In this document: in pieces, positions 16,864-24,807 of the stretch
Layout: every line of letters begins with the position of its first letter
Position numbering within the stretch: position 1 is the stretch's first letter
Sequence record: OQ032512.1
Source of the DNA: Acinetobacter phage nACB2
Strand: one strand, 5' to 3'
DNA length: 64,000 nucleotides
Made by a program: the position numbers and the translations under genes
The notes under the pieces: model-generated
Told to the model about the DNA's origin: nothing
Seen by the model: the letters and a program-made list of their open reading frames with translations, nothing else
Databases searched by the model: none

Positions 16864-17000
16864 TATCCAGCGTTAGTGTACGGTGCACGTCAATACGGTA
16901 AACAGACGTATTGAAAGACTAGGGTTTAATTCCCTAGACAATGGGCCATATTTGATTTCTTATAAAAATAACAAACAGTAATAAAATAATCTCAGCAATA

Positions 17001-17315
17001 ATGGAGATTATAACATTGAAACTCTTATCATTCATCTACAACTATCTACGTTACATGCCAGTTCACTACTGGTTATTTTTCTTCTTCATGCCTGATCTGT
17101 ATTCAAAATACCCTCGCGTCAGCGTGAAGGGTCGATATAACATTAAGGTGTTCCGTGTCTACTTTGGAGCAAATGAAGTGGTTAATAAGTTTGTTGAAGG
17201 CTCTAAGAATAAAGCCTATATCAAACTGCGTTACGAAGCTCTGAGACAAGATTTTAGAACGCCGCAGCCACTAGGCGTTGAATACAGCATGAAGAAGGTA
17301 GAAAATGAAGATTGA
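17001..17315 (+). CDS. hypothetical protein
   Basis: 104-aa ORF. Its ATG sits in a small hairpin (TAATCTC/GAGATTA). Confidence 0.35.
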   Translation: MEIITLKLLSFIYNYLRYMPVHYWLFFFFMPDLYSKYPRVSVKGRYNIKVFRVYFGANEVVNKFVEGSKNKAYIKLRYEALRQDFRTPQPLGVEYSMKKVENED

Positions 17316-17511
17316 TCTAACGTTGCTTGAGTCATTGAAACGCGCTGCTGATGGGTCAATGTTGAGTTCTAGAATATCATTGAAACAGCAGATGAGTAGA
17401 AAGGAGCGCCAACTCAAGAAACGCAAAAAGGAAAATAAAGAATTTGAAGATTCCTTATTTTCTATGGGCGCTCATCACAGAGCCGCCATGTTTCAAAAGT
17501 ACTGGAAATAA
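17305..17511 (+). CDS. hypothetical basic protein
   Basis: 68-aa Lys/Arg-rich ORF. Confidence 0.3.
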   Translation: MKIDLTLLESLKRAADGSMLSSRISLKQQMSRKERQLKKRKKENKEFEDSLFSMGAHHRAAMFQKYWK

Positions 17512-17538
17512 AAATATTTGATTATTTCCGAAATAATC

Positions 17539-17612
17539 CTTTACTTCCGTTGATGGTTAGGGTATAATGAATCTCATAAGGTTCAATAACACTCAACGGA
17601 GTAAATCAAATG
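17539..17612 (+). promoter_or_regulatory. Early promoter P1 (CCTTTACTT -35 box, TATAAT -10) with a conserved leader TTCAATAACACTCAACGGAGTAAATCAAATG
   Basis: -35 TTTACT at 17539-17544, -10 TATAAT at 17563-17568. The leader is near-identical to the leaders at 18309-18341 (+) and 39014-39047 (-). Confidence 0.65.
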
Positions 17613-18212
17613 ACTACATTAACTGCTAACCAAACTCAAGTACTTGTTGCTCTAGCTACAGACACTACTATTGAAAATCAACCTTGGGTTACAACTACTC
17701 AAATCGCAGTCATCTCTGGTTTAACTAAATTGGTAGCATCGGGCTTAGTTTGCTCTATGATCCACAAAGAACTTCTTGTATCTAAAAAAGAGAAAACTGG
17801 TTCACAATACCAATACACTGTTAAAGGTCTTGAAGCTGTCGCTCACTTGATCAAAACTGAAGAAGTAGTTGAAGACAAGCCTAAAGCTAAACGCAAATCA
17901 ACTAAATCTTCAAAAGAATTCTCAATTAAAATCACTGCAAATGAGGAAGCAGTTATCAAAGCAATTGCTTACTCAGAATGGTGTGAAGTGAATGGACGCC
18001 CTGAAGTTGCAGAATCAGCTGATGACGTTTCTACTTGGTGTTACACTGATACATTCGCAGAATACGCTAAGTTGACTGTTCGTACTGTAAAAGGTACTTT
18101 GGGTTCACTGGCTAAAAAGGGTATCATTGACGTACTTGATAACTTTGATGAAGATAACTCAGTGCGATTCACTGAAGAAGGCTTCAAGCTGATGAAAGAA
18201 GTTATTGCATAA
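17610..18212 (+). CDS. hypothetical early protein
   Basis: 200-aa ORF driven by P1. A terminator follows. Confidence 0.55.
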   Translation: MTTLTANQTQVLVALATDTTIENQPWVTTTQIAVISGLTKLVASGLVCSMIHKELLVSKKEKTGSQYQYTVKGLEAVAHLIKTEEVVEDKPKAKRKSTKSSKEFSIKITANEEAVIKAIAYSEWCEVNGRPEVAESADDVSTWCYTDTFAEYAKLTVRTVKGTLGSLAKKGIIDVLDNFDEDNSVRFTEEGFKLMKEVIA

Positions 18213-18217
18213 TAATT

Positions 18218-18252
18218 GAAGACCGAGATATTTTGAATATCTCGGTCTTTTT
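18218..18252 (+). terminator. rho-independent terminator
   Basis: GACCGAGATATT-TTGA-ATATCTCGGTC hairpin followed by TTTTTT. Confidence 0.7.
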
Positions 18253-18255
18253 TCC

Positions 18256-18341
18256 TTTACTTTTCTCTGGCGCGCCCACATAATTTTAATCATGGACAAC
18301 AAGTTCATTATTTAATTACACTCAACGGAGTACAAGATATG
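18256..18341 (+). promoter_or_regulatory. Early promoter P2 (TTTACT-17-CATAAT) with the conserved ACACTCAACGGAGTA leader
   Basis: -35 at 18256-18261, -10 at 18279-18284. Leader TTAATTACACTCAACGGAGTACAAGATATG. Confidence 0.6.
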
Positions 18342-18668
18342 ACACATTTAGGCTTAGTAGATTTTGATTTAGATTTTGACTACGTTTCTGGTCTAATTGA
18401 CGAAGATATCATCCAACAGATTCTTGCCAATGAGCTTGTAGCTCCTCATTACAAATCTATTGTGGGCGATTCTGAGGCTCTAGTTGCCTGCCCATCGAAC
18501 AGCGATATCGTTGAGGCTTCTGACGTTCCAGATATGGTTCTTGTTCAACGCGATGTTCGCAACAACGGTTTCGTTCTAGGTGACTTCTATGTTGGCGAGG
18601 TCAACGGACGCCGTTGTTTAGCTCTTAATTGGGACTACACTGGTCTCTTCATTATTACCACCGCTTAG
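18339..18668 (+). CDS. hypothetical early protein
   Basis: 109-aa acidic ORF driven by P2. Confidence 0.5.
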   Translation: MTHLGLVDFDLDFDYVSGLIDEDIIQQILANELVAPHYKSIVGDSEALVACPSNSDIVEASDVPDMVLVQRDVRNNGFVLGDFYVGEVNGRRCLALNWDYTGLFIITTA

Positions 18669-18671
18669 TTT

Positions 18672-18705
18672 CAAGCCCCTTCGGGGGCTTCTTGATTTTT
18701 ATTTC
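18672..18705 (+). terminator. rho-independent terminator
   Basis: AAGCCCCTTCGGGGGCTT hairpin followed by a T-run. Confidence 0.7.
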
Positions 18706-18747
18706 TTTTGCAATAATACTTCATAATTTCATTATTTGGAGAATGAT

Positions 18748-18870
18748 ATGAAAACATTTCGTTTTATCGCAGTGTCACAGTGTCGCTTCTGTAGCGAAAA
18801 AGCTACTACACAAGATAATACCTGCGCACTTTGTGCTGCAACCCTTCTAGCCGAATTTGGATGGTAATGA
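18748..18870 (+). CDS. small zinc-ribbon protein (40 aa; not in the ORF track)
   Basis: GGAGAATGATATG start. Sequence MKTFRFIAVSQCRFCSEKATTQDNTCALCAATLLAEFGW with two CxxC pairs. Confidence 0.35.
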
Positions 18871-19187
18871 CTATGGCTTCTGTCTCACTTCCTTTCTCAA
18901 CTTTATCGGAAACGGTTGGACAAGTTGGGATGAACTTTATCTATAACCATATGGATAATTTTCGGGATATTACATTCAACGCTTACGGTAAACACTACCC
19001 AGAACGCATGACATCGAAAATGGACGTCTATCCGGAAATGTTTAGAGCGCTGAAGGTTTTGTCTCATAACAAAGACCTGTACAAAGCTCTTATGGATATG
19101 GAGGATGCTTCTATAGTGAACGTCACGCTAGAGTCCAATGAATTTAGTGCATTTATCTTTTTCAAGGCTGAAAATAAAAATGGCTAA
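18868..19187 (+). CDS. hypothetical protein (start moved to ATGACTATGGCT)
   Basis: The listed 18831 start overlaps the zinc-ribbon ORF. An internal Met follows that ORF's stop. Confidence 0.4.
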
Positions 19188-19491
19188 ACGCAATCATAAA
19201 CCTTGTGGATATAATCACATTCAAGTGCGCCGTTTGGGTAAGCAATGGTACGTTTGTATCTATTGGAATTACAATTGGTATCAACCTAAATGTACTGGAT
19301 GCATCAGTTGCCAAACTGAGCTAGGGAAATCTAGAGGTTGGCAATGTAACCCCAACAAGATTGTCAAGGGTAAAACGCTTGACATCTTATCAGTCTGTAA
19401 AAATCGATCTGATGCCAACCGCGCAGCTGATGAATTAGTGAGACGCGAGGAAGAGGATATGCATTGGTATGGAGTATTTGATAATGAATAA
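19181..19491 (+). CDS. Cys/Trp-rich small protein
   Basis: Start at MAKRNHKPCGY. Eight Cys in 103 aa, arranged C..C..CxxC..C..C. Confidence 0.4.
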
Positions 19492-19843
19492 ACATTTGGT
19501 ATTGATTGCGGCGCTTTTATTCCCAGCCTGCTCAAAGATGGATTCTGTGAACAAGGTTGTTACAGAAATAAAGGTAGCTGATGTTGAGGTGATGGACATT
19601 AACCGACCTCCTCAATTTTCTTTACAGATACGATCCACTGACAGATCAATTAGTGATTATCTCGTATCAACTGAAGAGTGTCCCAACTGGAGAAATGTTG
19701 AATACGGAACTATCTACAAGATGGAATATACTGTAACAACAAAGTACTACAAGTCAGGAAAGACATCTAAAACAATCGCGCTTCCTAATTCTTGCACATT
19801 TGCGAACTACGCTGTGGTCAAATATAGATTGGATGTAAAATGA
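19469..19843 (+). CDS. signal-peptide / lipoprotein-like protein
   Basis: N-terminus MNKHLVLIAALLFPACSK, a hydrophobic segment followed by Cys. Confidence 0.4.
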   Translation: MEYLIMNKHLVLIAALLFPACSKMDSVNKVVTEIKVADVEVMDINRPPQFSLQIRSTDRSISDYLVSTEECPNWRNVEYGTIYKMEYTVTTKYYKSGKTSKTIALPNSCTFANYAVVKYRLDVK

Positions 19844-20046
19844 AAAGAATATCTTTGGAAGGGTGGGAGCTTAATGAGAAAGGAACTCTTATTAAAGATT
19901 CTGTGTTCATTTCTAGATTCAAATGTAAAGATTATAGTCTTCAGACTGTAACAAAATACAAAGTGCAAGACTACTCAGGAAAGATCAAAACGCAAATGTT
20001 TTCTAGTGTGTTTGAAGCAATGGTCTACGTTCAAAATAATTCATGA
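19840..20046 (+). CDS. hypothetical protein
   Basis: 68-aa ORF that ends the + strand block. Confidence 0.35.
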   Translation: MKRISLEGWELNEKGTLIKDSVFISRFKCKDYSLQTVTKYKVQDYSGKIKTQMFSSVFEAMVYVQNNS

Positions 20047-20067
20047 TCATTATTTTCTAAAATCCAA

Positions 20068-20100
20068 TAAAAAGCCCTTGTACTAGACAAGGGCTTTTGT
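20068..20100. terminator. Bidirectional terminator AAAAAGCCCTTGTACTAGACAAGGGCTTTTGT (copy 1 of a 33-bp direct repeat)
   Basis: Hairpin with A-run and T-run flanks between convergent genes. Near-identical (one mismatch) to 49111-49144. Confidence 0.7.
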
Positions 20101-20141
20101 ATGTAAAAATCCAACTCCACACGGTAGGCTGGACGGTAGAT

Positions 20142-21926
20142 TTAACTCCAACCGTTGAAGCCATAACCTCCGTATCCGTCTGAACCATAAGCTGGGCCAT
20201 CATCTCTATTCATGAAGTCATAAAGAGATTCTTGACGTTGAGACTCAATTTCCTCTTCAGCTTCCAAAGACTTGGTGCTAAAGAATGAAGTCATAGAGGT
20301 GTCCTCAATTGATGCTTCTCTGAGGGACTTCATTCTGTCTTGAATACTATCGCCCTCTTTGGTCTCATATTCAGACTTGAAGAACTCAGTCTTGGTCAAC
20401 CAAGAGAATAAAACCAAGTTCATTACTGTGTCATCTTTAGCGCCTTTATCAGCTGCATAAGAACCGTTTGTCTGAAGAACAAACGTACCCAGTTCATCAA
20501 CCATGATTTCTGATTCAATAAGCAGAATATCGAGTTCCAGAAGCGTTTTCAGGTTAGAACAACCAACAGATTTCGTCGATTTAGTGGTCTTAATTCCTGG
20601 TTTAGCCCCTGCTCCACCTATCTGAGTGCCCAAACCATTTTTCTTGTTAGAAGTCAGGAAAACGTTCTCGTATTCAATCTCATAGTAGAGAATCTGAATG
20701 ATTTGAGAGCCGATGGCGTTGTTCTCTACCAACACCCAAGCCTCATTATACTGAGAACAAATGCGCTCAATCTCATACGGAAACACTAGAGGTGAAACAG
20801 TATTGGAATGATAGGTTGCTACCACTCTGTACGGCTTTGATGTAACGTCAAAGATGGCTATAGTGGAGTTGTCTTCACCTATACCCTCAGCGCAGTCTAC
20901 GGTTGCAACATAGATGCGATCCTTTTCAGGTGGGTAGAGAATCTCGTACGCACCATCTTCAAACGTATATTCAGGTGTAGCAATCTTGAGTTTTTCTAGA
21001 ACCTCTGACGAGATCAAACCACCAGATGAAGACAAGAATTTACATTCATGCTCTTGTGAGAATCGAGATGAACCAAGCTGTTTCTTAGTTTTTACAGCCC
21101 AATCTTCATCTCGTCCTGGGACGTCCTTCCAAGTAACACTCAATGGAACATAACCATTCCAATCATCACCCTTAGCAACTGCTCCTTGCCAGAATTTGTA
21201 GAACTGACCTCTTGCCCCTTTAGGAGTAGAAGTGATCAGAATCTTAGATGTTTTACCTGAAGATACTACTGGAAATACAGAGTCAACAAAGTCTTGACCG
21301 CCGTCTGAGAAGCCCAAGAAAGCAAACTCGTCAAGATAAAGTAATGAAGCAGAACGACCACGGATAGAGTCAGAAGAACTCGCGTGACCTTCGCAGCTTG
21401 AACCGTTTTCAAGAATGATATTCCCTTGGTTGAATGCTACAATACCTTGCTGAAGGAAGTATGGCAACTCTTCGTACAGACGGCGGAGACGTTTCATGAT
21501 CTCCATAGCCTGAGCTTCCTTGTTCGCAAGAACGTGACAGTCCTTCTCAGCGTGGAATATCAGATACCAAGCCAAGAAGCCTACTACGCCTGTTGTCTTA
21601 CCTGCCTGACGACAAGTTAAAGCAATATTGAAACGATGCTCTTTGTAGTTCTTGATCATCTCTTCCTGATAAGGGTAGAGTTTCAATGGTACAAGACCAT
21701 GGTCAATATGCACTACTCGACCGTAGGTGGTCAAGAAGTAGATCGGGTCTTTTTTACATCTGATCCATTCTTTGAGCTGATCTGGTGTCATATCAATGGT
21801 GACACCAGCGCGTTTCACCCTCGGCTTACCAACAAACAATTGATCTTTTGATAAGATACAATCGTCAACTGGCCAAGGGTGTTTACCGCCACTCTTTTGG
21901 AACGTATTGATTCCATCAGCCTTCAT
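20142..21926 (-). CDS. gp17: terminase large subunit (T4 gp17-like)
   Basis: 594 aa. Walker A CRQAGKTT, ATPase coupling motif LLYLDEFAF, C-terminal RNaseH-like nuclease region. A Gly/Tyr-rich tail. Confidence 0.85.
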   Translation of the reverse strand: MKADGINTFQKSGGKHPWPVDDCILSKDQLFVGKPRVKRAGVTIDMTPDQLKEWIRCKKDPIYFLTTYGRVVHIDHGLVPLKLYPYQEEMIKNYKEHRFNIALTCRQAGKTTGVVGFLAWYLIFHAEKDCHVLANKEAQAMEIMKRLRRLYEELPYFLQQGIVAFNQGNIILENGSSCEGHASSSDSIRGRSASLLYLDEFAFLGFSDGGQDFVDSVFPVVSSGKTSKILITSTPKGARGQFYKFWQGAVAKGDDWNGYVPLSVTWKDVPGRDEDWAVKTKKQLGSSRFSQEHECKFLSSSGGLISSEVLEKLKIATPEYTFEDGAYEILYPPEKDRIYVATVDCAEGIGEDNSTIAIFDVTSKPYRVVATYHSNTVSPLVFPYEIERICSQYNEAWVLVENNAIGSQIIQILYYEIEYENVFLTSNKKNGLGTQIGGAGAKPGIKTTKSTKSVGCSNLKTLLELDILLIESEIMVDELGTFVLQTNGSYAADKGAKDDTVMNLVLFSWLTKTEFFKSEYETKEGDSIQDRMKSLREASIEDTSMTSFFSTKSLEAEEEIESQRQESLYDFMNRDDGPAYGSDGYGGYGFNGWS

Positions 21927-22443
21927 TCAGCTTACCCTCAGCTTCAGCCTGTTCACGCGCAATATCTTCATCAACCTGTTTCAGTAGGTCTGAAGTGTTC
22001 ACGGCTACAGTTTGAGCGATGTTAACGGTTGTACCGCCTTCTGACTCAGGTACTTCTTTTGGTTTGACCTTAGCATCTTTGTAAATGGTCTTAGCGGAAG
22101 TCTGAATGTTGACCAATTCCTTGACCGAGTTCAAAGTGTTAGATGACGCTGAGTTGAACGCCTCAATGGCTCTAGGGTGTTCTGTCTCTTTTGCTACCGT
22201 CATCGCTCTGTGTGTGATAGAAAGGTTCATTTGCACAATAGCATAGATAGCACTACGAGCGTATTCATAGTCAACCTTGGCGTCTGAGTCTTCGATTTCT
22301 GGAACATTAGATGCCTTCTGTTCCATTTCAAATTCTTCACGGGTTGGTCTATTGTCTGCGTTTATGTCATCTGTATTAGTATCAGCGCCAGCTGGGATAA
22401 TTCCCAATTCTCTTAAAATATCATTCATCTTTGTTCTCCGCAA
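21916..22443 (-). CDS. terminase small subunit (gp16-like, called by position)
   Basis: 175-aa ORF directly upstream of TerL and overlapping it. Size and position as for T4 gp16. Confidence 0.45.
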   Translation of the reverse strand: MRRTKMNDILRELGIIPAGADTNTDDINADNRPTREEFEMEQKASNVPEIEDSDAKVDYEYARSAIYAIVQMNLSITHRAMTVAKETEHPRAIEAFNSASSNTLNSVKELVNIQTSAKTIYKDAKVKPKEVPESEGGTTVNIAQTVAVNTSDLLKQVDEDIAREQAEAEGKLNEG

Positions 22444-23191
22444 GCGCTTGTTTCAACGAGCGTATTTCCAATTCATCTGTATTTACATGATCTGTAACCC
22501 ATGCATTTTCTTTAGAGAACAGAGATGCATCAAATTCAAGAATAACAGGTACGTCGTTGATCCGATTATACAGATAGCCCTTCAGTGTGAATACAAGTTC
22601 AAATTCAACAATACGCGTTTCATCAACGTTCTCGAAGTTGTCTTGAATGTCTAGATTAGGTTGCTTTCTGATGTTGATCACGCGTTCTACATCTAGAAGG
22701 TCTGAATCCATCAATCTGACATTCACGCCCTTAGCAAAGGCAGATTCTATTTGTTCAAAGATCAATAACGCTTCTGTTGTATTGTTGGCTCTGACTGTAA
22801 GATGAAAATCAACGTTGTACGGTGACGGAGACATTGCAGACTTGCTGTTAGCAGTAGAATTGTTGAAGTACAAATTGCGACTACGCATAGTGGCGTGATC
22901 TACAGTTTGGCGTTGACCATCCTTAACAATAGAGCCTAGAGTAAACGCCATAGCTGGAAGGGCTGGTTTCACTTTAGGTTGTAGTTGCTCATCTACATTT
23001 AACTGAGTGTCAGCTTTATTTCTGCTATTACCATTACCAAATCTAATAGGCACGCTGACTAGCTTATTGTTAATCTTTATACCGAAACCAGAAAATAAAG
23101 AACCGAAGACAGCTGTGTACTTTGACAACTGACTCGTGTCGACTCTATGAGAGCCATCTGAGAATAGGGAGATGCTCATGTTATTCTCCAA
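22421..23191 (-). CDS. neck / tail-completion protein (gp15-like by synteny)
   Basis: 256 aa in the gp13-gp14-gp15-gp16-gp17 order. Confidence 0.3.
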   Translation of the reverse strand: MENNMSISLFSDGSHRVDTSQLSKYTAVFGSLFSGFGIKINNKLVSVPIRFGNGNSRNKADTQLNVDEQLQPKVKPALPAMAFTLGSIVKDGQRQTVDHATMRSRNLYFNNSTANSKSAMSPSPYNVDFHLTVRANNTTEALLIFEQIESAFAKGVNVRLMDSDLLDVERVINIRKQPNLDIQDNFENVDETRIVEFELVFTLKGYLYNRINDVPVILEFDASLFSKENAWVTDHVNTDELEIRSLKQALAENKDE

Positions 23192-23807
23192 ATGGGTTGT
23201 TTACGTCAAAGTCTGGGACATCAGTTACGTGCTTCTCAGACTCCATCACAAAATTATCAGACTCATCTTGAGAAGGTTGAACAAGATCACCTAACGTACC
23301 TTGGAACACGACTCCACTGAAGTCATCGATATTATCTTCATGCTTTGGTTGATAGATTACGCAGTTTAGAATCCAACAATATCTTTTGTTTCCAACGTAG
23401 TATTGGTCGTCAGTGCGTACGCGTCTAATTTCCCAAAGTCTATTACCCACTGGGTCATATAATACGTCACCCTCTTGGGGTTCAGTGATTCCTAGCTTAT
23501 CAGCTTCAGCCTTAAAACGAGTTATAGCCATCTTAAAGACAGCAGAATCAGCTGGTGTGAACCCAAACTGTCCGAATATATCAGACTCACCACCAAAGCT
23601 CTGAATCTCCATGATTTGGGCTTCAATGGTGAACTGTTGCTTTAGACCTTTAACGTCAGCGTCGTTCAAAGCATTATGATTACTTTCAAGTAATTGGATA
23701 TAGACTAAATCCACACCAATGACCTGAATTGCTTCAATAACCATCTGGTCAAATAGTTCGCATTCAGCGTTTGTAACCTGTATTGCGTTTAAGTGTGGAT
23801 TTAGCAT
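23181..23807 (-). CDS. neck protein (gp14-like by synteny)
   Basis: 208 aa. Confidence 0.3.
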   Translation of the reverse strand: MLNPHLNAIQVTNAECELFDQMVIEAIQVIGVDLVYIQLLESNHNALNDADVKGLKQQFTIEAQIMEIQSFGGESDIFGQFGFTPADSAVFKMAITRFKAEADKLGITEPQEGDVLYDPVGNRLWEIRRVRTDDQYYVGNKRYCWILNCVIYQPKHEDNIDDFSGVVFQGTLGDLVQPSQDESDNFVMESEKHVTDVPDFDVNNPFGE

Positions 23808-23828
23808 ATAGTGTCTCCTTTATTCTAT

Positions 23829-24659
23829 TTAAGCCAAATAGAACAGGTCGCAAGCTTCATTTCTCAAGCGTTCCATGATATCAGCTTCGTCTTGACGCCC
23901 TTGTTCCAACATAGCTTGACCTTGAATAACTTGTCCTCCAGGAAGTTGCATACCTTCATACTTGGACATAGTTTGACCAATGATTTGTTTACACAATGCG
24001 GTTGCTAAGTCTTGCATTGTCTCATTGTCGAAAATGAGACCACCGCCAATCGTACTCGTGGGTACGGAAGTCATTCCAGTATGTTCCTCTTCAGGAATAT
24101 AGTCTTCAAGTGCTCTAATACAGATCAGATCATTTTCTTTAACAGGAAACTTCAGAGTGATCTGATGATTAAACTTTGTGAATACAAATGGAAAAATATC
24201 CATGCCTGTAACAATCTTATATGTATCTACCCGAGCCATTGCCGCAAAGTAATCAACCATAGACAGAGGTGTCATAAACACGCCGTTTAAGAATACGTTG
24301 CGCGTCAATGTAAATTCTGTAGTTGCAAAATACAAAGGATCTGTATTGCTATTTCCAACTGGAATAATATCTGTCACTGCATCAAAAGAATCTGGTACTT
24401 GGAACCACCCTTGTTCTAGAATTTCCTTTGTGATCTTCACTACACAGAATGATTCAAATGAAAAGTTATTGTGCCAGCGCCACATTTTCTTGATAGCGCC
24501 GTCAATGGCTCCGTTAAGCTGTTCGTCACTTATGTTTACCTTAACAATAGGATACCCTAAACTGTTTAAGATACGCGCCTTCACATCTTTGCGTGTTCTA
24601 TTTCTGTACATGTCCCAGAATCTCCTGTAACAACAATTCTTGTCTATCCAAACGTTCAT
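23829..24659 (-). CDS. neck protein (gp13-like by synteny)
   Basis: 276 aa. Confidence 0.3.
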   Translation of the reverse strand: MNVWIDKNCCYRRFWDMYRNRTRKDVKARILNSLGYPIVKVNISDEQLNGAIDGAIKKMWRWHNNFSFESFCVVKITKEILEQGWFQVPDSFDAVTDIIPVGNSNTDPLYFATTEFTLTRNVFLNGVFMTPLSMVDYFAAMARVDTYKIVTGMDIFPFVFTKFNHQITLKFPVKENDLICIRALEDYIPEEEHTGMTSVPTSTIGGGLIFDNETMQDLATALCKQIIGQTMSKYEGMQLPGGQVIQGQAMLEQGRQDEADIMERLRNEACDLFYLA

Positions 24660-24798
24660 TTAGTGTTTTAACATTAGTCTGGAGTTCCTGAATTTGGTCG
24701 TCCTTCTGTTTTGCTAATTCTCTTTGTTTGGTATACTGTAAAAAGCCAGCTGTGTCAGTATTTGACACAGCTGCTCCATTTCTAACCCATTTATTCAT
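24598..24798 (-). CDS. small coiled-coil protein
   Basis: 66 aa, heptad-rich (QELQTNVKTLNERLDRQELLLQEIL). Confidence 0.3.
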   Translation of the reverse strand: MNKWVRNGAAVSNTDTAGFLQYTKQRELAKQKDDQIQELQTNVKTLNERLDRQELLLQEILGHVQK

Positions 24799-24807
24799 CG
24801 TCTACCT

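Noticed and set aside
16864-16960. A possible fourth tRNA after tRNA-Met
   Set aside because: The two hairpins have an 8-bp stem with a 9-nt loop and a 6-bp stem with a TTTAATT loop. There is no acceptor stem or D arm, and the loops are not anticodon-like or T-loop-like. No cloverleaf is possible.
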